Shown here: in pieces, positions 19,103 to 28,336 of the stretch
Position numbering within the stretch: the stretch's first letter is position 1
Layout: the number at the start of each line of letters is the position of its first letter
Origin: Candidatus Anderseniibacteriota bacterium
GTDB taxonomy: Bacteria; Patescibacteriota; JAUYIX01
Direction: 5' to 3'
Assembly (NCBI GenBank): GCA_046350855.1
Contig: JAXLZM010000002.1
Span: 14,103-78,102, forward strand
DNA: 64,000 nt
Translations under genes and position numbers: made by a program
Notes under the pieces: model-generated
Database searches by the model: none
Seen by the model: only the letters and a program-made list of their open reading frames with translations
What the model was told of the DNA's origin: nothing

Positions 19103-19390
19103 TCACGAAGAAGGGTTATTCTTGACCTTTTGCGCTTCCAACGAAAGAAGCTGCCCAGGGTCGAGAGAGCGCCAGCAGCCACTCGAGGAATTAAATCGAT
19201 CCTCCTCGCGCTGCCGAGCCTGTTCCTCCGTCATGGGCCGGTAGGAGCCGGAGTTGAAGATGTGTCCGTCCAGTGCGGTTGGAGCAGACGCAGCTTGTGC
19301 TGGTCCGTAGCAGAGTTCAGCGGGTTTTAAGCGAAGGCCTCGAACTCTCGCTTGTGTCATTCTCACCCAAAGTCCATCTTCATCCTCCAA
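19103..19390 (-). CDS. Hypothetical small protein (95 aa; TTG start, or 19351 if the in-frame ATG MTQARV is used).
   Basis: ORF with a GGAGG motif immediately upstream. Overlaps the upstream ORF by 11 nt. Weak coding evidence. Confidence 0.3.
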   Translation of the reverse strand: MEDEDGLWVRMTQARVRGLRLKPAELCYGPAQAASAPTALDGHIFNSGSYRPMTEEQARQREEDRFNSSSGCWRSLDPGQLLSLEAQKVKNNPSS

Positions 19391-19805
19391 AAAGGCCTCG
19401 ACGGATCTTCCTTAGACTTCTCCGGTCTTCTCCTCTTCTTTGCTCACTTGCCATTGAACAACGAAGTGAAGAATGCCGGGAAAGCTCCCGCTTGGCTTCT
19501 TTGCGATTGTCCTGTTCGTTGTTGGGCAGTTTGTCGGTCGCAGCGGTTTCACCGCCGAGCGTACCAACGATAAAGCTGGCAATGACGGCGGCGTTGTCCT
19601 TGACGACCTTGGCACTCTTGGGTCCAAGATCGGCTACGAACTTCTTGATCTTGACGCCGTGCAACTGCCAAAAAGCCAAAGCCGTGACAGCACCTCCCAG
19701 GTCGAGAGACCCTAGTAAAAAGATCTCGCGAACCATTTTGAGTACCTGGTATGCCTCAGCCAAGCGAAAGGCTGCGTTGAATGCGTCCGCTCCCTTATTC
19801 TTCAT
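19380..19805 (-). CDS. Hypothetical small protein (141 aa) with a basic C-terminus.
   Basis: ATG at 19805 preceded by aaggag (5-nt spacing). Protein begins MKNKGADAFNAAFRLAEAYQVLKMVREIF. Confidence 0.4.
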   Translation of the reverse strand: MKNKGADAFNAAFRLAEAYQVLKMVREIFLLGSLDLGGAVTALAFWQLHGVKIKKFVADLGPKSAKVVKDNAAVIASFIVGTLGGETAATDKLPNNEQDNRKEAKRELSRHSSLRCSMASEQRRGEDRRSLRKIRRGLFGG

Positions 19806-19942
19806 GAATCTCCTTGCGCTCCTAAGGGGAGCGAGTTGGGTCGGGCAACGAACCCGACGTAGTACGTTTGAATAGATTGGGAATGTCCGGTCTTGTGAGC
19901 GCCACCTAAGGCCTCTCCAAGAGCCCGACAAACTACCACAAT

Positions 19943-19971
19943 TTGAACAAAAAGTCAAGGTTCGCTAGAGT
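19943..19971 (+). promoter_or_regulatory. Sigma-70-like promoter TTGAAC-17-TAGAGT upstream of tRNA-Leu and gdh.
   Basis: -35 ttgaac at 19943..19948, 17-nt spacer, -10 tagagt at 19966..19971. Confidence 0.45.
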
Positions 19972-20009
19972 GCCCCCAGTGGCCGTAATCGGTGTAAAAA
20001 AGCCGCTTT

Positions 20010-20096
20010 GGGCGAGTGGCGGAATGGCAGACGCGCCAGGCTTAGGACCTGGTGGTTGCATAAACCATGGAGGTTCGAGTCCTCTCTCGCCCACCA
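20010..20096 (+). tRNA. tRNA-Leu (anticodon UAG), class II; CCA encoded.
   Basis: Acceptor gggcgag/ctcgccc. Anticodon arm ccagg-cTTAGga-cctgg. Long variable arm tggttgcataaaccat. T-loop ggttcgagtcc. Confidence 0.88.
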
Positions 20097-20167
20097 GCAA
20101 TTTTTCTGAGGCAATACAGGGTGAACACCTAGCTTTGCCGAGCCCGGGCCCGTACAATACGGGGACT

Positions 20168-21442
20168 ATGCCCACATCCTCACGCAGCCAGTCCCAGCAA
20201 GAAAACGCCTTTACCAACGCCCTGACCCAGCTGCACGCTGCAGCCGAGGTGGCCGGGCTCGATCCGGACATACTGACGCAGCTCGAGCGCCACGACCGCA
20301 TCGTGGAGGTGGCCTTGCCAGTGCGTCGAACCAGTGGCCCCAACAAGGGACACATCGAGGTGTTGACCGGCTTTCGCGCCCAACACAACAATGCGCGCGG
20401 ACCCTACAAAGGTGGGATTCGCTACCACCAAAATGTTTCGCTCGATGAGGTTAAAGCACTCTCGCTCTGGATGTCGCTCAAGACTGCCGTTGCCGATATT
20501 CCTATGGGTGGTGGCAAAGGTGGCGTGATCGTTGATCCTAAAACCCTCAATCAGGCAGAACTCGAAGCCCTCTCGCGGGCCTATGCCCGTGGGATCGCCG
20601 CGGTGATTGGTCCTGAGGTAGACGTACCAGCCCCGGACGTCAACACGACGCCCGCTATCATGGCTTGGATCAGAGATGAGTACGAGAAGATCACGGGCAC
20701 GACCGCCCCCGGTGTTATCACCGGTAAACCGGTCGAGGCCGGCGGGTCGCAAGGTCGGGACACGGCTACGAGCGAAGGGGCTTTTTATGTCTGGGAATAT
20801 GCCGCAGCCAAGCTCGGGATGCAGCCGGCCCAAACACGTGTGGTCGTAATCGGCTTTGGCAACGCCGGGTTCTTTTTTGCCAAACGCCTACATGCAGCTG
20901 GCTACAAGGTGATTTCGGTCTCGGATTCTAGAGGGGCCGTGATCGATCCGGCCGGCCTCGATCCCGACCAAGTCATGGCGCACAAAAAGAAGACGGGGTC
21001 GGTTGTGGGGTTCAACCGGTTACCTAAGCAGACCCTCGAGGATCAAATTGCGTTGGAGGCAGAACTGCTCGCCCCGGCCGCCCTAGAAAATCAAATCCAC
21101 AAAGACAACGCGAGTTTAGTTAAGGCGCGCGCAATTATCGAACTCGCCAACGGACCGGTCACGCCTGAGGCGGATACGATTTTGGACGGTAAACAAATCC
21201 CGGTTATCCCGGATATTTTGGCTAATGCCGGTGGGGTCACCACCAGCTACTTTGAGTGGTACCAAAATCAGCACGATGAGCGCTGGACCCGCGAGCAAGT
21301 CTTTACCAAACTCAAAGCCAAGATGCATGCCGCCACCCAGGCGGTTTGGAGTATGTCCGAGGGTAAAAAAATCTCGCTGCGGCGCGCGGCGGGTGTGGTG
21401 GCGGTTCAGCGCTTGGCCGAGGCCATGCAAAAACGAGTCTAA
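20168..21442 (+). CDS. gdh: Glutamate dehydrogenase (Glu/Leu/Phe/Val dehydrogenase family), 424 aa.
   Basis: Motifs GPYKGGIRYH and PMGGGKGG. The ORF-track start at 19943 would overlap the tRNA; the start was moved to the first ATG after the tRNA (MPTSSRSQ...). Confidence 0.88.
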   Translation: MPTSSRSQSQQENAFTNALTQLHAAAEVAGLDPDILTQLERHDRIVEVALPVRRTSGPNKGHIEVLTGFRAQHNNARGPYKGGIRYHQNVSLDEVKALSLWMSLKTAVADIPMGGGKGGVIVDPKTLNQAELEALSRAYARGIAAVIGPEVDVPAPDVNTTPAIMAWIRDEYEKITGTTAPGVITGKPVEAGGSQGRDTATSEGAFYVWEYAAAKLGMQPAQTRVVVIGFGNAGFFFAKRLHAAGYKVISVSDSRGAVIDPAGLDPDQVMAHKKKTGSVVGFNRLPKQTLEDQIALEAELLAPAALENQIHKDNASLVKARAIIELANGPVTPEADTILDGKQIPVIPDILANAGGVTTSYFEWYQNQHDERWTREQVFTKLKAKMHAATQAVWSMSEGKKISLRRAAGVVAVQRLAEAMQKRV

Positions 21443-21470
21443 CGGGAGCCCACGCCCGCCGAGTGAACAC

Positions 21471-23063
21471 ATGATTGCCGCACCAACGCAGCCACGACGC
21501 AAAGGAGTGGTCGACCGCTTACTCGGGTGGTTCAGCCTCAAACCGAGGCACGCTTACGGGATTGTATTGGTGGTGCTGGCGGTTGGCTTAGTGTTTGCCG
21601 GCTACAAACTGCCCAGTGACCCCGATCTGTTTTGGCACATCCGCGCAGGGGGTGACATTTTGCGCATGGGGATCCCCCATGTGGATTGGTACTCGCACAC
21701 GCTCCCGACCTTTTTTTGGATCGACCACGAGTACGCTCAAGATGTTTTTATGTACTGGGTGCACGGCTTGGTCGGTTTTAAGGGACTCAGCATCGTCTAT
21801 GCGATCCTGGTCGCTCTGATTTTGAGCGTGGGGTTGCGCTGGAGTCTGGCGCGTCGTTTGCCCTGGACCTGGTCGTTGGCGGGTGGCTTACTCGTAGCCC
21901 TCGGTTCGCGCTCCTTTATTGGCGCTCGGCCCCAGATGCTCACCTGGCTTTTAGTACTACTCTTGCTTGGGCTGATCCGACGGGCCCTTTCGAGTACTAC
22001 AGTGGGGTGGTTTAGCCTGATCCCACTCCTGTTTGCGCTCTGGGCCAACCTACACGCTAGTTTTGTAGCGGGCTTTATTATTTTGTTGGTCTGCATCATC
22101 TGTGAGTCGATCAAGGCCATCTTTGCGCCCGTGTATACGTTTGGCCGAACCCCACGGATCCAATCCGTGGCCTGGCTCGCAGTGGCGAGTGCTCTCAGTG
22201 TGCCGGCTACTTTTGCCAATGCCTACGGGTGGAACATTTGGCTTGAACCCTACCGCACCCTGACCGACAAAGCCTTACACAACAATATTGTGGAATGGTT
22301 TGCCCCGGATCCCTACAGTCACACTGGGTACATTTTGTTTGGGATGATCGTAGTGTATATCGGCTTTTTGGTGGTACGCCAAAAGCGCGCCGATCTGACC
22401 GATGTGGGCTTGACCTTGGCCTTTTTTGTCTCGTCGCTCTTAGCCGTACGCAACGTGCCACTCTTTTTACTGATCGCGGTGCCCTTAGCCCTAGAAGGCT
22501 TTAGAACTTTGGTAGTGGCCACTCCTCGTACCAAACGAGCCTGGACCCAAGTCGTACTACTCTGGCCGACCCTCTTAGCCTTGGCCCTTTTTACCGCCGC
22601 CGAGGTGGGGCGGTTTCCCTGGCAAGATTTTGGCCGCTTGGATCGAGATTTAACGGTGTTCACCCGGGATGGCTATCCAGAAGGGGCCGCGGCTTTTTTG
22701 AGCCAGCAAACTGAGTGGGCCGCGCGCTCGCAGCAAGGGACGGTTCATCCGTACAACGAATACGCCTGGGGCGGCTATCTTTTATACCGCGTACCCTGGT
22801 TTAAAACCTTTATCGATGGACGCATGCCCTCCTGGGTAGGGGGAGACAAGGGCGATCTCAAAATAATTGACAAGTATTTCACGATCGACCGCCGGGAGAA
22901 CTGGCGCGCGACCGCCGACGAGTTTGCGGTCAACCTTTTTGTGATTAAGGCGGACAATGCGCTCGGGGGAGAACTCAAGCAGGACGGCCGTTTTGTCGAA
23001 GTATTTAGAGATGCGCAGGCCGTGGTCTTTGCAACTAAAGAGTTAGCTGCGATCAAACGCTAA
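21471..23063 (+). CDS. Polytopic membrane protein (531 aa; ~11 TM helices plus C-terminal periplasmic domain). Possibly a GT39/GT83-type (PMT/ArnT-like) glycosyltransferase; family uncertain.
   Basis: Multiple hydrophobic helices. First-loop acidic motif SDPDLFWHIRAGGDI. Start moved from the ORF-track 21225 to the first ATG after the gdh stop. Confidence 0.55.
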   Translation: MIAAPTQPRRKGVVDRLLGWFSLKPRHAYGIVLVVLAVGLVFAGYKLPSDPDLFWHIRAGGDILRMGIPHVDWYSHTLPTFFWIDHEYAQDVFMYWVHGLVGFKGLSIVYAILVALILSVGLRWSLARRLPWTWSLAGGLLVALGSRSFIGARPQMLTWLLVLLLLGLIRRALSSTTVGWFSLIPLLFALWANLHASFVAGFIILLVCIICESIKAIFAPVYTFGRTPRIQSVAWLAVASALSVPATFANAYGWNIWLEPYRTLTDKALHNNIVEWFAPDPYSHTGYILFGMIVVYIGFLVVRQKRADLTDVGLTLAFFVSSLLAVRNVPLFLLIAVPLALEGFRTLVVATPRTKRAWTQVVLLWPTLLALALFTAAEVGRFPWQDFGRLDRDLTVFTRDGYPEGAAAFLSQQTEWAARSQQGTVHPYNEYAWGGYLLYRVPWFKTFIDGRMPSWVGGDKGDLKIIDKYFTIDRRENWRATADEFAVNLFVIKADNALGGELKQDGRFVEVFRDAQAVVFATKELAAIKR

Positions 23064-23291
23064 GTGTGGACAAGTCAGGATTGACGTTCGGTTTTTGTTC
23101 GGTTACTGTTAGAGACATGATCGAAACAACCACACTCTCCCTCACGCAAGCACTTCCGCAGACGCTCGCAGTTACGCGGATTAAGAGCTATACCCGTAAG
23201 TTAGCCGAGATCGAGCGCTTTATTGAGCATTATGTGGAGACACCCCGCTCGACAGAACCCGAGGTAACGGTCCACACCTACTGGAGCGCTC

Positions 23292-23909
23292 ATGTCTAGT
23301 ACGTCTCTGACTAAAAAGCAGCGTTTGGTACTGGATTTTGTCACCAGTTTTCTCAAGCGCAAAGGCTACAGCCCCAGCTACCGGGAGATTGCCCAACACT
23401 TTAGATTATCTTCGGTCGCAACCGTCCACCAACACGTACAGACCTTGCAAGACAAAGGCTTTTTACAGAGTGAGGGTAAAGATGGACAGTATCGTTCGCT
23501 CGAGCCCTCTACCGTACGACGGCCAGAGTACTCGCTCGTCGATATCCCGTTGGTGGGGTTGATTACAGCCGGGCAACCCATTGAGGCCTTGCAAGAGCAA
23601 GAGACCCTCACCATTCCACAAAACATGGTTGGGCGGGGCCACTATTATTCTCTACGGGTTAAAGGGGACTCGATGATCGAGGATGGAATTTTGGACGGAG
23701 ACTACGTGATCGTTGAGGAACGTGATAGCGCACACAACGGTGAGATCGTAGTCGCTCTACTCGAAAATCAGTTTGCGACTCTCAAACGCTTTTACAAAGA
23801 ACGAGACCACGTGCGTCTGCAGCCAGCCAACTCCAGCATGGAGCCGTTTCGAGTTCGGTCGGTCAAGATTCAAGGTAAGGTGGTGGGCTTGCTCCGGTCG
23901 TACCGTTAG
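23292..23909 (+). CDS. lexA: LexA repressor (SOS regulator, S24 peptidase family), 205 aa.
   Basis: N-terminal winged HTH (LTKKQRLVLDFVTSFLKRKGYSPSYREIAQHF). Cleavage-region and catalytic motifs VGLITAGQP, RVKGDSMIEDGI and LKRFYKE. Confidence 0.88.
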   Translation: MSSTSLTKKQRLVLDFVTSFLKRKGYSPSYREIAQHFRLSSVATVHQHVQTLQDKGFLQSEGKDGQYRSLEPSTVRRPEYSLVDIPLVGLITAGQPIEALQEQETLTIPQNMVGRGHYYSLRVKGDSMIEDGILDGDYVIVEERDSAHNGEIVVALLENQFATLKRFYKERDHVRLQPANSSMEPFRVRSVKIQGKVVGLLRSYR

Positions 23910-24031
23910 GGGAGGCTCTCTCCGGTTACTCAATGGCGCGGTAGTAACAGGAGAGACCTATAAAAATAATCTCTCTCGTATAGTGTGTCCGTTCTCCTGC
24001 TTCCCCTGGGAACGGCCACTATACGTTTGAG

Positions 24032-24598
24032 CTACTCTGCCTGGGCAGAAATGCCCGACGCAGCACCAAGAGCCGTCTCTGGTTCACGAGCTAACTCCGC
24101 TGCCGCGGCTGGTTTGAGTGCAGCTTTAATAATGGCCTCATCGACGATGATCGCTTGGGGTGTAATCCCCACGATTTGCGAGCGGCTAATGAGCAAGATT
24201 TGTCTCCAGAGATCTCGTAGAACTAAGGGGGGCTTAACCCAAAGAGCGGTCAAGTTGCCGGTCTCACTATCAAATTTATAGGTAACAAGCTTACCGAGAT
24301 ATCGTTTACGCTCCGTAAACACTTCTCGCTCGGTCAAGTCACCAAAACGATTAAGATCGGCAAACGGCTCTTGCTGTGCATCCCGTGCGACCGGGGAGGG
24401 TTGGCCCAACTGCACCTGCTCGGCCGTAATAGCCGTAACGGTGCTAAAGGGTATCGTTTGGGTTCTGCCAAAAAGACCACTGCGTGCAAGGGTGAGAGCA
24501 GCGATTTTGATTTTTTTGTAATCGACCAAGACGCGCTTAGCGCGTAGTTTGGCCTCGCCCACCGGCAGCTCCCTTAGCTGGTCTACCGTGAGGATCAT
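24032..24598 (-). CDS. Hypothetical protein (188 aa), PRC-barrel-like.
   Basis: Two beta-rich segments of the PRC-barrel kind (…GKLVTYKFDSETGNLTALWV…). No strong family signal. Confidence 0.4.
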   Translation of the reverse strand: MILTVDQLRELPVGEAKLRAKRVLVDYKKIKIAALTLARSGLFGRTQTIPFSTVTAITAEQVQLGQPSPVARDAQQEPFADLNRFGDLTEREVFTERKRYLGKLVTYKFDSETGNLTALWVKPPLVLRDLWRQILLISRSQIVGITPQAIIVDEAIIKAALKPAAAAELAREPETALGAASGISAQAE

Positions 24599-24600
24599 TG

Positions 24601-25161
24601 CTAGAGCTTGATGTCGTCCAGGGTAAAGCCCTTTTGAGCAAAACTCTTAACGACGCGTGACTCGTGTTTGGGCTTGATTACCACTCGACGATTAGGCTCC
24701 TGTCCTAGACTCTCGGTTGTGACCTCAGGACGCTCCTGCAAGGCAACGTGCACCAAGCGACGCTCAAAACTGGTCATGGGGCGCAGGATTACCATATTAT
24801 CCGTGCGGGTGGCTTTTTCGGCAGCCTCACGGGCCAGATCAATAATTTGCTGCTCGCGTTTAGCCTTGTAGTCGTTGACATCCACCGTGGCAAAACAGGG
24901 TCGGCCGGTTTGGCCTGAGACGAGCAGACGCACCAGGTGTTGGAGGGCCTGGAGTGTAGCACCGTGCTGACCGATCAGACGACGAGACTCCTCTGTAGTG
25001 ATCTGGACCTTGAGATCGCGACGCTGACGCCCGACCGGCTCGAGCGTACACGTCACCGCAGCATCCTCGCACAAAAATCCCACGAGTGTAGTGACCGTCG
25101 TTTTGACGAGCTCCAAGGATACGGTCTTGTCGACGGTTTTGACGGTGTTGGTGGTAGACAT
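24601..25161 (-). CDS. jag: Jag/KhpB RNA-binding protein (KH + R3H domains), 186 aa.
   Basis: R3H motif MTSFERRLVHVALQE. Conserved position downstream of yidC. Confidence 0.8.
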   Translation of the reverse strand: MSTTNTVKTVDKTVSLELVKTTVTTLVGFLCEDAAVTCTLEPVGRQRRDLKVQITTEESRRLIGQHGATLQALQHLVRLLVSGQTGRPCFATVDVNDYKAKREQQIIDLAREAAEKATRTDNMVILRPMTSFERRLVHVALQERPEVTTESLGQEPNRRVVIKPKHESRVVKSFAQKGFTLDDIKL

Positions 25162-25165
25162 TGTC

Positions 25166-25933
25166 TTACTTAACGACAGCTACCTCGGTCTCGCTATGGT
25201 CTGGCTTGGGCCGGGAGGCAGGTGTGCGCATAATAATCCACTGCTGCAGAATTGCAAAGAGGGTCGAGGCGAGCCAGTAGAGGGCCAAACCGGCCGGGAA
25301 CTGGTAGGCAAAATACCCGGTCAAAAGTGGAAAAATATAGGTCAAGTTATTGGTGAGAGACTGCGCCGCGGCGCTCGGATCGTTGGCGGCTGGTTTTCCT
25401 TGCTGTTGCTTTTTGCGCCGACGCGTCAGCATCCAGGATTGGTAAAACTGCGCCGCGGCCGTAATGACTGCCAAGTAAATATTGTGTGTTGCGCTCAGAT
25501 CTAAGAAGTTCAAAAAATGGAGGTCCATCGGCAAGGTCGGGTGCGCAATAAAGGGATAGAGCCGACTGGTAAAGTCCACGCCACTAATGGTGGTTCTAAA
25601 GACGATAAAGAGAGGGTAGATAAAGAGGATCTGGACGACGAGGGGGAGGCACGAGGAGAGGGGGTTGACCCGATTTTTTTTGTAGAACTCCATGAGGGCC
25701 TTGGTCTGGGCCTCTTTATCGGCTTTATGTTTTTCGCGAATCTCATTGATGCGCGGCTGCAAATCCTGCATAGCGCGCTGAGCTTTGATTTGGCGTGCGG
25801 CAAAGGGATACAAAATGAGTCGCACAATCAAGGTCAGCAAAATAATCGCGATACCCAGATCAGTGCCAGGGAGTATGTTCCTCAAAAAAATGAGGAGGTT
25901 TAAAAATGGATCGACAAAAATAGTTTGGAGCAT
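25166..25933 (-). CDS. yidC: Membrane protein insertase YidC (short form), 255 aa.
   Basis: Conserved N-terminal helix and motif LYPFAARQIKAQRAMQDLQPRINEIREKHK. Located in the rnpA-yidD-yidC-jag context. Confidence 0.88.
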   Translation of the reverse strand: MLQTIFVDPFLNLLIFLRNILPGTDLGIAIILLTLIVRLILYPFAARQIKAQRAMQDLQPRINEIREKHKADKEAQTKALMEFYKKNRVNPLSSCLPLVVQILFIYPLFIVFRTTISGVDFTSRLYPFIAHPTLPMDLHFLNFLDLSATHNIYLAVITAAAQFYQSWMLTRRRKKQQQGKPAANDPSAAAQSLTNNLTYIFPLLTGYFAYQFPAGLALYWLASTLFAILQQWIIMRTPASRPKPDHSETEVAVVK

Positions 25934-25934
25934 A

Positions 25935-26198
25935 TTAGTCAGCTACGGGATCAACGCCACCCTGCGACCAGGGCTGACAGCGCATCACACGCCACACTAT
26001 CGTAGGCAGCGCCACAATACCAGTCTTAACCAACCGTTGGGCAGCGTACTCAGAGCAGCTGGGGTAAAAACGGCAGTAGCCGTGCGGATAGTAGGCTTTG
26101 AGCCAACCGTGGTCCGGTGAGAGTGTTTTTTGGTAGAACCGCACAAGGAGATACAACGGGTATCCCACTAATTTTGAAATTGTGTACACAATGGTCAT
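25935..26198 (-). CDS. yidD: Membrane protein insertion efficiency factor YidD, 87 aa.
   Basis: Motifs YQKTLSP, YPSCSEYA and CQPWSQGGVDPV. Confidence 0.85.
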   Translation of the reverse strand: MTIVYTISKLVGYPLYLLVRFYQKTLSPDHGWLKAYYPHGYCRFYPSCSEYAAQRLVKTGIVALPTIVWRVMRCQPWSQGGVDPVAD

Positions 26199-26209
26199 GG
26201 AATCGGTGG

Positions 26210-26554
26210 CTAGAGTTGCCTCAGTAGTGCGGTAAGCGCGCGGCCGAGCGCGGTATATGACTTACCGAGCGCGGGTGCTTTTACCGTGAGTACCAGATCG
26301 CGCGCCGGTTGGAGCCGCTGTAACGGTTGGGCTAACAGAGCACGAACTTGGCGTTTAATTCGATTACGATCGACCGCACGCTTGGCCACACTTTTTGCGA
26401 CTACCACGGTCGCACGAGAATGCGCAGAGGCTGCTGGCAGACGTGCACTGGTGGGCGAGACTCGCAGTCCAAAATCGGCGTTTTTTAAAATACGCCCGCG
26501 CTTGGCACGCGCTATGTCACGAGCACGTCGGAGACGGTATTGCTTTGCCAACAT
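26210..26554 (-). CDS. rnpA: Ribonuclease P protein component RnpA (start taken at MLAKQY, 26554).
   Basis: Basic protein with an RNR-like motif (KRAVDRNRIKRQVR). Start overlaps the rpmH stop. Confidence 0.8.
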   Translation of the reverse strand: MLAKQYRLRRARDIARAKRGRILKNADFGLRVSPTSARLPAASAHSRATVVVAKSVAKRAVDRNRIKRQVRALLAQPLQRLQPARDLVLTVKAPALGKSYTALGRALTALLRQL

Positions 26555-26555
26555 G

Positions 26556-26702
26556 CTACTTTCCGACCACGACACGCCAGCGGCCTTTTTGCCGGCGACG
26601 ACGTAAAACTTTGCGTCCGCCCGTAGTGCGCATACGACTGCGGTAGCCGTGACGCTTGAGACGGCGCTTCTTTTTAGGTTGGTAGGTTCGCTTGGTTGCC
26701 AT
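26556..26702 (-). CDS. rpmH: 50S ribosomal protein L34 (48 aa); not in the supplied ORF track.
   Basis: Manual minus-strand translation gives [48 protein letters not shown]. Classic position immediately upstream of rnpA. Confidence 0.85.
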   Translation of the reverse strand: MATKRTYQPKKKRRLKRHGYRSRMRTTGGRKVLRRRRQKGRWRVVVGK

Positions 26703-26920
26703 GCAGGTGTAGTGGGATGCTACCCCGCCCACAGAGCGCGGTCAATTTATCCACCGTATCCACATCTTCTGCACATCAAAAGCGACAAATTATTCATCTA
26801 TGGGATATGTGGATAGTCGCTTTGGACTCTACTGAGCCAAACTTGCCCTATTTTTTTGTTCTTATCCACAATGTGCTACATTTTGGACTTGTTCTAAACA
26901 TAACTTCTCAACACCCACGT
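26703..26920. promoter_or_regulatory. oriC: oriC part 1: DnaA-box cluster in the rpmH-dnaA intergenic region (also the dnaA promoter region).
   Basis: DnaA boxes: TTATCCACc (26747..26755), gTATCCACA (26756..26764), TGTGGATAg (minus orientation, 26808..26816) and a perfect TTATCCACA (26862..26870). Confidence 0.7.
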
Positions 26921-28336
26921 ATGGATCAAGAAAAAGTCTGGCAGGCAGCACTCTCGGAACTAGAACTCACCATCAGCAAGGCAAATTTTACGACGTGGCT
27001 CAAAAAAACCTGGATTAACACCCTCTCGGAGAACGAGGCCAACATTGGTGTACCCAACGCTTTTACTAAAGAGTGGCTCGAAAAAAAGTATCACAAGCAG
27101 ATCGTGACCGCCCTCAAGCACTGTACCGGCAGTCACATGTTTAAGGTGCTCTATGAGATCGGGACAAAGGTGCCCAAGCGCGAGATGGCCTCAGTTGCAC
27201 CAGCTTTAGTGCAGGCCGCGACGGGTCCCACGGCTAGTATGCAGTTGGGTGGCGCGGCTACACGGACTTCGGTGCATGGAAGTGTCAGTCTGGGCGGCTC
27301 AATTGATGATCAGAGCAATCTCAACCCGCGCTACACCTTTGAGACTTTTGTGGTGGGACCTTCTAACGAACTGGCACACGCCGCCTGCAGTGCGGTAGCC
27401 AACAACCCCGGTACAACCTACAACCCGCTCTTTATCTATGGGGGAGTAGGACTCGGCAAAACCCACCTCATGCAAGCGATTGGTAACGCGATCAAAAAGC
27501 GAAACCCAGAAAAAAAGGTTTGGTACGTCACAAGCGAGCGCTTTACCAATGAGTTCATCGACTCAATCAGTAATAAAGGCAGCAACTTTAAAAATCGTTA
27601 CCGCGATGTGGACGTCTTAATCGTGGATGATATTCAGTTTATTGCCGGTAAAGAACAAACACAGCAAGAGTTCTTCCATACTTTTAACACTCTGCATGGC
27701 AACAATAAGCAGATTATCCTCTCAAGCGACCGGCCTCCTAAAGCTATTCCTACCCTAGAGGATCGCCTACGCTCGCGTTTTGAGGGCGGCATGATTGCGG
27801 ATATTGGAGCACCCGAACTTGAGACACGCGAGGCGATTTTACGAGAGAAATGCCGGGTTAAGAGCTTTGAGGTAGAGGATAAGGTCATTACTTTTATTGC
27901 CGCTCATATTCAGCACAACATTCGTGAGTTGGAGGGCGCGCTCAACCGCGTGGTGGCTCACTGTCAGCTCAAAAAGCTTGTACCGACCACCGATATTGCC
28001 AAAAGTGTCTTAGCAACCATTATCGCTAATCCGCAGCGGCGAGGGATCGTTCCACGCCAAATCGTGGAGACGGTAGCGCAGTTCTACGATGTCTCAATTG
28101 AGGATTTAGTGGGGGCTTCTCGCAAAAAAGAGATTGTTCGTCCACGTCAAATTGCCATGTTTTTGATGCGCGAGGAGATTAAGGCGAGTTTTCCCTCAAT
28201 TGGTAACGAATTGGGTGGACGTGATCACACCACCGCCATGCACGCCACCGAAAAAATTACCAAAGAAGTCGATCGTGACGATGCCGTACGTCAAGAATTA
28301 GATTTGATTCGGCAACGGCTGTACGTTCCTCAGTAA
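26921..28336 (+). CDS. dnaA: Chromosomal replication initiator DnaA (471 aa).
   Basis: N-terminus MDQEKVWQAALSELE. AAA+ Walker A GGVGLGKTHL. C-terminal DNA-binding signature. Start moved from the ORF-track 26696 to 26921. Confidence 0.9.
   Translation: MDQEKVWQAALSELELTISKANFTTWLKKTWINTLSENEANIGVPNAFTKEWLEKKYHKQIVTALKHCTGSHMFKVLYEIGTKVPKREMASVAPALVQAATGPTASMQLGGAATRTSVHGSVSLGGSIDDQSNLNPRYTFETFVVGPSNELAHAACSAVANNPGTTYNPLFIYGGVGLGKTHLMQAIGNAIKKRNPEKKVWYVTSERFTNEFIDSISNKGSNFKNRYRDVDVLIVDDIQFIAGKEQTQQEFFHTFNTLHGNNKQIILSSDRPPKAIPTLEDRLRSRFEGGMIADIGAPELETREAILREKCRVKSFEVEDKVITFIAAHIQHNIRELEGALNRVVAHCQLKKLVPTTDIAKSVLATIIANPQRRGIVPRQIVETVAQFYDVSIEDLVGASRKKEIVRPRQIAMFLMREEIKASFPSIGNELGGRDHTTAMHATEKITKEVDRDDAVRQELDLIRQRLYVPQ

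Noticed and set aside
19943-20167. 5' extension of the gdh ORF (ORF-track start 19943, 499 aa).
   Set aside because: The extension would run straight through the tRNA-Leu gene at 20010..20096 and the promoter. The conserved GDH sequence begins at the ATG at 20168.
21225-21470. 5' extension of the 612-aa membrane protein ORF overlapping the gdh 3' end, and the similar long upstream extensions of dnaA (26696), yebC (34151), hisS (58688) and ruvB (to 42680).
   Set aside because: The extensions overlap upstream genes or the oriC and DnaA-box region in other frames and are Arg/Pro-rich. Conserved N-termini start at internal Met codons.
23066-26702. CRISPR arrays or other interspersed repeats anywhere in the window.
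   Set aside because: No regularly spaced direct repeats were seen. The only repeated DNA is the intragenic codon repeats (GGGTGNP in pilin paralog 1, N/T-rich tract at ~63000) and the CWB2 and PKD protein repeats, which are diverged at the DNA level.
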